The notes under the pieces: generated by a model
What the model was told of the DNA's origin: nothing
Database searches by the model: none
The model's input: the letters and a program-made list of their open reading frames with translations, nothing else
Program-made: the position numbers and the translations under genes
NCBI GenBank assembly: GCA_030704615.1
Contig: CM060731.1
Location: 32,302,001 to 32,366,000, forward strand
From: Takakia lepidozioides
Taxonomy: Eukaryota > Plantae > Bryophyta
DNA length: 64,000 bases
Reading direction: 5' to 3'
Shown here: positions 38,570 to 50,004 of the stretch, in pieces
Layout of the letters: every line of letters starts with the position of its first letter
How positions within the stretch are numbered: position 1 is the first letter of the stretch

Positions 38570-39556
38570 TGTTAGAGGACTGTCTGGGACTTAGGCACTT
38601 TTACGGGATCTGTGGGGTACCCTTAATTTTGCATAGACTGAGACCAACAGGAGCCTTAGGGGTGACAGCAGGGCACTTTAGGGGGGGGGGGGGGGGGTGT
38701 TACACAGCCCGTCACAGCCCGTCCCAGTCCGACACAGCCCATCACAGCCAACACAGCTCGTCACAGTCCAACTCAGCCCGTCACAGCCAACACAGCCCGT
38801 CACAGTTCGACACAGCCGACACAGCCGACACAGCCAGTCACAGCTCGACACAGCCGACACAACCCAACACAGTCGCACAGCCAGTCACAGCTTGACACAG
38901 CTGTCACGACCATAAAGAACGGATAGCAGGACAGGGAACGACTGTGGGGAACAACATCTGCGAATGGAACATGTTAGTTCATGGATGACGGTTAGCCAGG
39001 GATGACGGTTAGAACAACGGTTAGGAAGATAAAGCTAGGAGCAAGGACTGGAAAAGGGGGGAGCACTTCGAGAGGGGATTTCGGACATCACTGGGGGGAA
39101 ATGAGGCAGAGAGGCATCTCTGAGCAGAAAGAGGGAGAGCACGGAGTAGGAGGAGGACGATATGTTGATGCTTGATGAATGCAAGCAGTAGAGTTGTAAT
39201 GTAGAGCAGATTAGAGACTCCATGGCTTCAGCCTGATACTTGATAGATATTAATCTGATACATACTTCATACTCACACTGTGTAGAGAGATCTGAGTGAA
39301 GCTGTGGAATGAATGGATGAGTTGATGGAATCCGATAGATTGCTGAAGCAAACTGATACTTAATTACCAACAGTAAGGTAACTAGCTAACATGAATGCGG
39401 GAAGGAAAACAAATAGGAAACACCCCCATGATACACTAGCTGTAGGTCATGACTGATTGTTCTGAGCGGGCTGAGTGCTTAGAGATTTCCAACTCTTCTA
39501 TCTTGGAGTTTCCGCCTCGGATAGCGAAGGGATGGGTGAGTAAAAGCCGCGTGACA
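38570..39556 (+). repeat. 3' LTR of copy A (subtype 2)
   Basis: TGTTAGAGGACTGTC...CCGCGTGACA. Clearly diverged from the 5' LTR and closer to 44209-45226. Confidence 0.92.
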
Positions 39557-40049
39557 CTCAGTGCTTGCATGGGGAATGCCAAATTCTGTTATAAAAGTTG
39601 TTCTTGGTTAGGTTTACCCACACCCCTCGTTTCAGGTGTAGGACTGGACGGTCCTTCCTCCCCGTCCGAATATTCATCATACATAATGTGAGCCTGCAAT
39701 TTGCAGCACCGAAGCATGACTCAGCAGTGCAGATACATCAGTAAATGCGAAATGACAAGTCAATGTTGTCAGCTGGTATGCCTTGGGCCAGTTCAAATAC
39801 TGTTCAGGAACGAAGCCATTTTTTGCTTCTTTGAATTGTGCTTGATTCATTCACTTCAGCAGTTCAACAATGTGCTTGGCTATTATCAATACCTATCCTT
39901 GCGGATCCAAGGTTATCTTTGAGGTTCATCGTCAAACTCTAATCGCAACGTTAGTCTAATCTAGGATTGAAACGCCCCCGTTAATCTACTTCCTTGAAGT
40001 GTTTTGGTGCATGTGTGGAGGTTAGGACACACGTCACGCAATCGTGAAA

Positions 40050-40463
40050 ATAGGTGTAGCCGTGCTTAGGACTACCAACGGCATAAAGTGTAGTCACGGC
40101 CATGACTACCCACGGCCCCACAGCCAACGTCTATGAGACACGTGTTTTGTTAGGCAGTCATGGCGCTCCTGACTGGCGGTGATCTCAAAAAATGGGACCC
40201 CATCTTGAGCAGAGACATCAGGTCAGAAGTGCGTGTGGAGTAAGTATGGAGTGCGTACCAAAACTGTAGGGTACCTCAGGTTCGGGTCCCTGCGATGCAA
40301 GAGGAGGTGATTCTTTATTGTCTTGCGTAGCTGCCACTTGCCCACCATGGCACTCTGAGCAACTACACAACATTTTCTTCAGGTTGTTTGCTGTGGCGTA
40401 GGCGTCCCCAAACCTCCACAGGTTGTGGTCTCGCAAACTCATTCTCCGCCTATCCCCTGTCAC
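40050..40463 (-). pseudogene. CACTA remnant: transposase-associated Zn domain fragment plus GTAGTC/GACTAC subterminal-like repeats
   Basis: MLCSCSECHGG.../...IKNHLLLHRRDP resembles the CxCxxC...HL N-terminal domain of CACTA transposases. Confidence 0.4.
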
Positions 40464-40540
40464 ACTCGACCCCCCCCCCCCCCCCCCCTCTGTACATCTT
40501 GATCGTTGTGCTGCGTTTAGGGAGGCGATGTGCTCATGCG

Positions 40541-42373
40541 ATGGTCAAGCACGCGGCCACTGCACCCATTACCGACTATGAGAGGCTAAGAGAAGCTAAC
40601 ATTGCTCGCATCAAGCTCGTTGAAGCGGAGCTGCTGAAAGACATAGCACAGTGAGTTCACTTTTGAACTATCAAAGTCACTCTTTCCGCAAAGGTTTGCA
40701 GCTTGCGGAGCTTGATTTCATGCAATGTAGGTAGCTTTGTGAGTTCCTAAGACACCATGAAGAGGATGAGATGAGTATGAGCGCAATGTAGGTTATGCTC
40801 GCATGGTGGAGTGGGTGGGAGATCGCCGCATGTCGCGGGTCGTGAAAGTGGCTACACTTTTAGGGTTGAGGGGTGCATTAGTTCGTCATCTCCTCCATTA
40901 TGTTTTCTTTGTCATGTTACACTCAGGGAACTAGTGGTTGGTTTAGGGTTTACAACACCTTCCATGGGGCGTCCAATGCAGGATTGTGGGAGAGAAGCCA
41001 AAGCGTGCAAGACGACGGCCACCACCCCGCCCCTCTGGTGCCCCAAGACGCAGTAGAAGAATAGAGTCCATGGGCCCCCTCACACGGAGATATGCAATTG
41101 ATGATGACGATGAAGACGACCTCTGTGTGCCTGCGATGGAGCACATCGGGGACTCCGACAAAGACATGCCCGGCGGTGAACCCGCCCCAACCACCATCTC
41201 GCACAAATGCCCAGCAGCTGCGGAGTCTCCATCTATAAGTACCCAGCTCTGTGTAGGTCATGTGTAAGTATCCAGCCAAATAGAAAAATTGCCCGTCCAC
41301 AGTTGCATTGCCCCAATGTTGCATTGCCCCAATTTTGAAAGTACTTGCCAAGTACTTTATGGAAAGGAAGGAAATGAAATGAAATGAAATGGTGCTTTAT
41401 AACGTCCGCAGAAAGCTCATAGAGCTTGTGGGACAAAATGGAAGGTAACATGAGAGAGGAACAAATCTAGAAACCACAATTAATGTTCACGCAATTGTCT
41501 AAGGGTGAAGGCCTCGTGCAGGTAGGTTGCCAAGCATTTTTTATCCTCATAGTGGAAGACATCACTGAGAGTTTGGGCTCCACTGAATAAAGTAAAAAAA
41601 GTATGACGCCTCCCGAAGGGAGCGTAACCACATCCAACGTGGTATGTGCCCATTACCACTGGGCTGTTGGTTGTCTCGAAAGGAAGAATACATACCCCAT
41701 TACAGGGGGGGCAAACACAGTGCATGAGAATATGGTGGTTGCATTTGCCAAAAAGAAGCAATTGAATTGACCTCTCTAGCATTCCAGGGGGAAGAGGCAT
41801 TGGTAGCATGCCAAAAAAGGGTGAAAGCCACCCATTCCCTAAAACCATGCACCGGACGCGCAACAAGAGTGAGGCCTATTACATTTGGTCAATTTTCTGC
41901 CCAAGACCTGCATGACTTCTTGGTAAATGGCACCTGATTTCTATTTTGTCATTGTATGATCTCATTACCAATGTGCTCCCCTGGTGGTTGTGTGAGGGCT
42001 GAGTTTTTGCCAATTGTCTAGGGTGAGTTTTGACCAGCATTGTGTTGTGTGTTGCACAGGCGAGGAAGAAGCGTGCAGCGGTTGGTGGACCCAGCGCTGC
42101 CACACAGGGCAGCCCATCGGGGCATGGTTTGCTGAAACAGGTGAACCCTCCTGTGGGCAAGACACCACCCTCCAAACGGCCTCCCACCCGGCCTCTTGCC
42201 AGTTATCCTCCATTCACACCTTACCCTCATGCTTTTCCCCATCCGACACACTATGACCCTCACTCTCAATACCCCCAACCCCCATCTGGTTATGCAGAGC
42301 AGGCCTATGGCCATTCTCCACCCCCTCATCCTTCTTTCTAGCAGCTGCCTCATAGCTACCCTCAACCTGCAAT
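40541..42373 (+). pseudogene. Decayed multi-exon gene with a YERLREANIAR motif and a Pro/His/Tyr-rich exon (probably TE-borne)
   Basis: Exon-like segments at about 40541-40651, 40946-41263 and 42060-42373 with GT/AG borders. Cut by the M3 terminus. Confidence 0.35.
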
Positions 42374-42616
42374 GCAACGACGCTACCGCGTGAGTCTGGC
42401 GCGTGAGCGTGTGAGCGTACTCTCACACAACGATGACGTGGCGTGAGCCTACGCTCACGCAGCCGACATGGCGCTGATGCTGATGTGGCGTGAGCCCGGT
42501 CCAGGTCATGCCACGTCACCACAAAGAAGGTGGGCCTATAACCGTGGAGCCCCCAACTGCTGATTTCACCACATGAAGGTGAAACAGATGAAGGGTTTCG
42601 GGCTTTCCTGGAGTTC

Positions 42617-42860
42617 AACCTTCTGTTAACATGAGCTTCATTTCCTAGAACTGAATGAATGTTGTGTTAACACGAGGTTGTTTTCCTGGAACAAAAATCA
42701 ACATCGTGTCAACACGGTTGATTCGGAGAGCTTCATATCAACCTCGTGTTAACACGATGTTGTTTTCTTAGAACTAAAATCAACCTTGTGTCGACACAAG
42801 GGGGATTTGGAGAACTTCAAGTAAACCTCGTGTTACCCTCATGTTAACACGAGGTTGATT
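42617..42860. repeat. Palindrome array AACCTCGTGTTAACACGAGGTT, ~42-bp period
   Basis: Copies near 42617, 42659, 42700, 42740, 42782, 42824 and 42838. Confidence 0.85.
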
Positions 42861-43060
42861 TGATCATCTGTCTATCTGAAGGTAGTTTCTTGTGTTTGCT
42901 AATGAAAACATAATGACAAACCAATGCGACAAATGCATTGACCCACGCATAGCAAAGATGTTAGACGACATACATTGAGAGACACTGGACTTGAATAGTC
43001 ATTCCATTACAAGTTGTAGTCAAGGAAAACACAGATTTCTTCATGTCAAGTGCATGCTTT

Positions 43061-44208
43061 CTATGGGCTTGTATCCCGCTGTAGAAGTGTGTTGACTTCG
43101 TTGAAACTCATAGTGGCTTGGTGAATGAAGAAGTCGCGCTTTGGATCACAAACCATCCTTCTCAAGAAGACGAAGTAAAGGTGTTTGCACGGTATGAACT
43201 TCCCTCTCTTTCCCAAACTACTTGAAATCATACCAACAAAATCAGGACACGTACAATTAGGAAAATTGAAAACAGTGATGTCGTACGTCTTGTGCTGCAG
43301 CGCAGATGCGGATGAGATCATGGTGAAGACCCGACCGTACCTTGGATCAGGCACTTCCATTGTTCCCGCAACACGAGCGTGAAGCATTCTCGCGGACTCG
43401 ATTTTGCCGTAGTGTTCTGCGGTTGGAGGGAATCGTCGAACCAGCTTCCCATTCCGTCTAGTTGGCCACAAGTGAGTGTCAGGCGGAGGTACCCGTGAAT
43501 TGCTTGTACTTGAAGCACCTTCACGTGCAATGGAATGTCTGGCTAGGGAGAAACCCGCCTCTTCCAGCATTGCGATCTCTTGGTGAGTGAGACTTGTGCC
43601 CATCTTCACAGGCCACACGGTTGGTGGAGTAGGCTTCCTCACCACGAAGGGCCTCACTGTCCCATGCACACATCTCCCGCAATCGTCAGCACAGAACCAG
43701 AACTTGTGGTTCTTTGCCTCTCCTTGTCCATAAGGGAGAAACAAACCAGTGAATGTAGGAGCTGCAGTGCGTTCTTTCCCTCTGGATATTAATGATGTAC
43801 ATTTTTCATGATTGGTGGCCCTGATCGCCGCGCATTTCACACGCAATCCAGCACTTGTGCGTTCTATATGCCAAACCTCGTCCAAGCACATGGACTCTAT
43901 TACATGCGGCACCACGTTCTGGTCTTCAACCATTGCAGTGATAGTGCTTGATGCAGGGGTCCGGTCTGGGGCAGAATGGCCCTCACCTGTGGATGTTCCG
44001 CAATTCCATCTCTGATCCAAGGGAACACGTGGCGTCGAGAAGTTGATCCTGTCCGCCCTATGGGAATCTGCATCCGATCCGGGAGGGGTGTCCAATTTCC
44101 GTTTGCAAGACCCGAATCTCTCTTCGCCTTCCAGATGGGGAACTCTTCCCACGAGAGGGGTGCCATCTGTACATATGCTCACTGCCCGCGCTATTTTGTT
44201 GGGATCCC
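43061..44208 (-). CDS. MULE transposase C-terminal part with SWIM (interrupted by LTR C)
   Basis: HLEGEERFGSCKRKL is shared with M1; NCTCPDF...PCKHLYFVF is the SWIM motif. The frame is open for 373+ codons up to the LTR. Confidence 0.88.
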
Positions 44209-47200
44209 TGTCGCGCGGCTTTTACTAACCCATCCCTTCGCTATCCGAGGCGGAAACTCCAAGATAGAAGAGTTGGAAATCTCTAAGTACTCAGCCCGCG
44301 CAGAACAATCAGTCATGACCTACAGCTAGTGTATCATGGGGGTGTTTCCTATTTGTTTCCCTTTTCGCATTCATCTTAGCTACCTTACCATTGATAATTA
44401 AGTATTAGTTTGCTTCATCAATCTATCGGTTTTCTTCACTCATCCATTCAATCCACAGCTTCTCTCAGATCTCTCTACACAGTGTGATTGTATCTTATAA
44501 GTATCAGATTATGATTTATCAGGTATCAGGCCGAAGCCATTATGTCTCTAATCTGCTCTCCAATATCACTACAGCTTTGCATATAACAAGCATCTACTAA
44601 TCCTCTTTTCTCCTTCACCGTGCTCTCCATCTCTTGCCTCCGATCTCCGCTCCAGCCTGACTCAGAAGTCCTCCCCGAATAATGATCATCCCCTCAATTC
44701 CCCGTTTTTCCCTTTATCTTCCTATCCGCAGTTCTAACCGTTTCCCTCACTAACCGTCGTCTGTGAACTAACATGTTCCCTTCGCAGGTATTGTTCCCCA
44801 CAGTCGTTCCCTGTCCTACTTTTCGTTCCCTATGATCGTGACAGCTGTGTCAAGCTGTGACTGGCTGTGTGAAACTGTGACGGCCTGTGACTGGCTGTGC
44901 GACTGTGTTTGGCTGTGTTTGGCTGTGTGGGCTGTGACGACTGTGACGGGCTGTGTTGGCTGTGTGGGCTGTGACGACTGTGACGGGCTGTGTTGGCTAT
45001 GTGGGTTGTGACGGGCTGTGTTGGCTGTGTGGGCTGTGACGACTGTGACGGGCTGTGTTGGCTGTGTGGGCTGTGACGACTGTGACGGGCTGTGTTGGCT
45101 GTGTAACCCCCCTCTACAGTGCGCTGCTGTCACCCCTAAGGCTCCTGTTGGTCTCAGTCTGTGCAAAAATTAAGGGTACCCTACAGATCCCGTATAAGTG
45201 TCTAAGTCCCCTACAGTCCTCTAACATTACCCCTTCCCCCCTCAAAAAGCCGTGTCCTCACGGTTTACTGTTTCCGAGTAGCAAACCTTTGTGAGTGAGC
45301 ACCTTGTTGACGTTGAGAGTTTCGTGGTGGACTGTGTGTACGAGCCCGAGGTCTGTCTCTGGTTGACGGAGATGGTTGATCACTACCTGGATAAGTGAGG
45401 CCTTCTGGAGGCTGATATCGAGGTAATCTTTCCGGCATAGGAGATCCCCTTTGTTTCTTCTCTTCCATCTGAATTGCATAGTCTTCTCCCATGTCAAAAG
45501 AATTCTGTGAAGAAACAGTTGTATCAGAATCCTCATCGCCTCTCAGGTGTTTTAATTTTCGAACTTTTTGTGGAATCATCTGGGGCATACAATGCTGTCC
45601 TACCATGTCTGGAAGTTTGTATTTTACAACTTGGTGTAACCGCTGAACAGCAAAATTGGTGTAGGCACTGAGCTCCTTGTCTGTCCAGATGAGTGGGGTA
45701 CCAATTACTGGTGCAGCGTGCAAGTACTTCCATGCCACATGTCCCTTATAGAAAATGTCATCAAGTCCAAATTTCTGTGTTGACAAATGGTTGCAGGCTG
45801 CTTGAAACCATGAACGAATTTGAGAATCCTTCTGCATCATAACTTTTGGGTCATATAGGTACATATGAGGTGGCACCGAAGGTAATACCCAATGATCTCC
45901 ACTGGAGTAACTTTGAAAGCGTGTTTGCATCTTTTGTTGCTCAATGTGGTAACGTACCAGAAAACAAGCAGCGTAGTATAGCCCGCACCCCATGACAATA
46001 CTTGCTATCTCCTTGGTCTTGGTATAAATGAGTCCATGTACAACCTGGAAAGCAACCAATTCCCTCAACATGGTACCTGCCTCGTGCCAGTATTGTGCAA
46101 AGTGATGATCTTCAATATGTCGATTGTTTGGAAGAACTTTAGTCCTAGTTGCCACTGGCAGCCAAATACGCATGATTTGGTAGTAATGTGCGAATGACTG
46201 CGGAGGACTAAATTCTTTCCAAGCCAAATCCAACATGATGGGAATTTGGTTGAAGGGCATAAGCATAGCCCTGCTGTACTCCCTTGCAGCTGGAGTTTTA
46301 GGTGGGTTAAAAGCGGCATTGCCCCATACCTCTGGCTGTGGTGGCTGTGGTGTGGTTGTAGTAACCACAGGTTCAGCTACTGGTACACTGACCTGTTGTG
46401 GTGGTGGTGGTACTGGCTCCTGTATCATTGGCATCTCCTGCACCTCCTGTGAAGACTGAAAAGCCAGAGTTCTGGCTTGCAAATAAGAAGCCATTAGCTG
46501 TTCCTGAGGGATATAGACTCTTTGGTCGATGTTTGAAGTGAGGTCTTCCACTTGAGTCTGGAGTCCGTCTACATCCTCTTGTAACTCTGCTATCCTACTA
46601 TAGACATTGTCTATATAGTTGTGGCAATGTTCTGCACCTGCAGTCTGAGCTCATTCATCTCGCTTTGGGTGAGCTTCCGTGGGCTTTTGTCCTCTACTGG
46701 CCCTTGTGCTAACCAGACCTGCATAAGGCTGTTATCCACCAAGCTGCTTGTGGTTCCCCTGAGAGTTTGCTCCTCTCTTAGCTTGTACAATTCCAACTGT
46801 TGTTGTAAAGCCTCCATGCGCTTCGCCTGTGGCTCAACCAATTGCGCATAGGCAGCAAGTAGATTATTGGCTTCCTTCGAAGCCTTGTTACTGACCGCGA
46901 TTTCATTTCTATTGGCCACGATGGTTTGTTGCAACTCCACGATGTGTTTCTCTTGATCAGCTTCCCTCTGCCTGTATTGCTTGAAAGTATCTTCATGGCG
47001 ACAGATTGTATTCTTCATATCGACAATGAGATTCATTTGCTCAACATTCTCTTCTTCTGCCTTCGTACATTTTTCCGCTTGACTGTTTATTTCTTTTGTT
47101 GATTGGTCAAGCATAGTTGTAAATGTAGCACATTGTATCGCCATCCTGTTATGCACTGTCTGCAACTCCGTATGTAGTGCATTCAGTTATTGCAACTTGC

Positions 47201-49504
47201 TTTCATGCTGCACCTGCATTTGGTATAGCTGTTGCTTATGTGCTTCGTGCAACTGGTCTTGCGCGAGGCCTGCCTCAATCAATTGTTTGCTTGGCCAACT
47301 GCAAAGCCATTTGTGTATTGCCCAAGTCCTGCTTCATCTTGAGAGTGACCTCTTCATCGACCTTGTTTGCACACTCAGTGGCAAGTCGAGCCTCAAACTC
47401 CTTCCTGAGTTCCTCTTTCAAGGTTGTCAATTGGGTAATTGGAACATGGGATTTGACATAAGTCCCCAACAAATTAAGTGTCCTGCCTATGGAACTCATC
47501 AGCATTGCCTGTTGAGGGTCATCATGGTGAGGTTGCTGCTGTTCCTCCTGATCTTCAACAGTATGATGTCTCACTAACCATTCAGTCCATTGTCCCATCG
47601 GATTTTCTTCCTGAACTACTTCATCTATGACTGGTGTTACAGTGTCATGACCTTCCGCCTGTGGTACCTCCGACACAGGTGTGTGCATTATATGCACCTC
47701 AGGATTTCCCTTGGGCAACTGTTGCACCTCTGGGATTTCTGTCTCCTTGACCAGACCAGAATATTCATAGAGAAGGTCCCCTTTCTCTATTTCTGCCACT
47801 ATTTGTTCTGTAGTTGGAATATCTATCCCTTCACTTTCCAAATCAATTATTTCGGGTTGAGCTGCATGGATAACTTGTGACCTTGTGACAAGTCGTTCAA
47901 GTGGCTGTGTTGGCTGTGATGCAGAAGTAACTTCCTGCTCCCTCTCTGAAGGTCCTGCTTCCAGTAATAGCATTTGTCTGTGCTGCTGTGCCCCTTCCTG
48001 GCCATGAGCTTGGGAAACATTATCATGCGGAATCCGGAAGCCAGTGGATCCGCCACTACAGTCTTTCCCCTTCTCTGCCTCTTAGTCTCGGGTTGTGCTG
48101 CTAGTCCACCCTCACTGTGTGAAGAGCCTTGCTCTTCCATTACAGTTGTTTCTGGCTCAAACACTCCCATTTCCTTCATTTCTTGTGCATTAAGTATGCC
48201 AGAATTAAGGATTATTTGAGCAATGATTGGGCCAGACACTATGATAGGAGACTTTGCGGTAGTACCTTGTAATCTTTTCATCTCCTCTACTAGTGCGTGT
48301 ACATTATGTCCGCCCATTGTACCTCTTGTCCCTTTCGGCCTTTGAGTATTTCCTCTGTGAAGGATCTGCTCAAATATTGTTGGTTCTGTTTCAGGGCAAA
48401 CAGAACGTTCAATACCTGGCCTATCTCTTTTAACCCTGGGTACACAGCTTTGGTACAAGCATAACCCTGAGTTTTAAAGAAACTCCCTTCTTGGAAAAAG
48501 TCCCCTATTTGCAGTCTTGCCTGTGTTCCCCCACATGCACCTGACTGCTGGCAATCGAAACAATTGCTGGAGGTATAGGGGACTAATCATTAATTCAACT
48601 CCTTCACAGTTGTTGTTCCTGTCCTTGGCTCAAAGTTCTGCAAAAAATTGTAACATGTACTGTCTATGGTGTAGTGTCCAATCTAGGCTTTGCAATCCTT
48701 CCATCTCAGCTCCTCCAGTATCTTATCGCCTGTGGGGTAGCCATCGTTTGTTTCTGCAGAATTGTGGTGCTCTTCACCCTGATTTCCTCCATTCCTCTCA
48801 CTCTCTTCATCTTAGACTCACCAGAACTGCTTTGGCTGTAACAACTGCAGGAATGCCTGTAGTGCACAAAGCATAAACGTATGGTTGCCGCAGAAAGCTA
48901 TGGTAATCTCTTGTAAGCCTGCGGGCTTGCAAGCATTGCTCAAGAGAAAAGCTCTGCTCTGTCGTTTCGTGTCTATGCCACTGCGTAAGTAATATTGCGA
49001 GCGTATAGTCTGTTAGTTCCTCCATAGTTTCCAAGTTATAGCATTTATGGCCTGTCCTGTCGAGACGCCCGTTACTCAGAACGACGCCGCCTCTTGCGCT
49101 CAATTTCCCTCCATTTTCTTGATCATTTCTCTGGTTTTCTATTGGCTGTATCTGTTGTGACTGGATTTTAACTTTTATCTTTTTAGTGGACTTTCCCTGT
49201 TGGATAGTCCACTAGGATCACACATGCGACATGAATTCGGCTTTTCTGTACTTGCCGTTCGTTCCGTTTTCTTTTTCCGTATTCATTAATGGGCCCGCCT
49301 TTCATCCCATTTGACGGCCGTTCTTGTCCTCTTTCTTTTTGACACCTGTCCTTGCACTTCATTCTCTGCTGTGTGTCGCACCCTGACCTCCACGTGTCTA
49401 TTTTTAAAGTAATTTCCGTTTCCTCTCCGTCATTCATTTTTCCTGAAGTTATTATGTGTCCACTTGCACTGATTCTATGGATGGTGTAACTTTAGTAGGC
49501 TGTG
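44209..49504 (-). mobile_element. Gypsy copy C: 3' LTR (44209-45226), PPT, extra ORF (about 45265-48790), running into the gap
   Basis: Reverse-complement homology to 34260-39556. The extra ORF is frameshifted. Confidence 0.92.
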
Positions 49505-50004
49505 NNNNNNNNNNNNNNNNNNNNNNNNNNNNNNNNNNNNNNNNNNNNNNNNNNNNNNNNNNNNNNNNNNNNNNNNNNNNNNNNNNNNNNNNNNNNNNNN
49601 NNNNNNNNNNNNNNNNNNNNNNNNNNNNNNNNNNNNNNNNNNNNNNNNNNNNNNNNNNNNNNNNNNNNNNNNNNNNNNNNNNNNNNNNNNNNNNNNNNNN
49701 NNNNNNNNNNNNNNNNNNNNNNNNNNNNNNNNNNNNNNNNNNNNNNNNNNNNNNNNNNNNNNNNNNNNNNNNNNNNNNNNNNNNNNNNNNNNNNNNNNNN
49801 NNNNNNNNNNNNNNNNNNNNNNNNNNNNNNNNNNNNNNNNNNNNNNNNNNNNNNNNNNNNNNNNNNNNNNNNNNNNNNNNNNNNNNNNNNNNNNNNNNNN
49901 NNNNNNNNNNNNNNNNNNNNNNNNNNNNNNNNNNNNNNNNNNNNNNNNNNNNNNNNNNNNNNNNNNNNNNNNNNNNNNNNNNNNNNNNNNNNNNNNNNNN
50001 NNNN
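49505..50004. other. Assembly gap (500 N)
   Basis: Run of N. Confidence 1.

Larger units (their letters stand above)
23796..39556 (+). mobile_element. Gypsy copy A: full-length-looking non-chromovirus (Athila-like, no extra archaeal RNase H) LTR retrotransposon with non-matching LTRs
   Basis: Order is LTR, PBS, gag-PR-RT-RH-INT, tandem repeat, extra ORF, PPT, LTR. The flanks ACCCT and CTCAG do not form a TSD. Confidence 0.92.
42374..44208 (-). mobile_element. MULE copy M3: terminus, palindrome array and transposase 3' part
   Basis: Putative terminus GCAACGACGCTACCGCGTGAG aligns with the M2 terminus (GCTA....TGAG, TGAGC repeats) and has the same geometry relative to the transposase. The exact boundary is uncertain. 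Confidence 0.6.
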
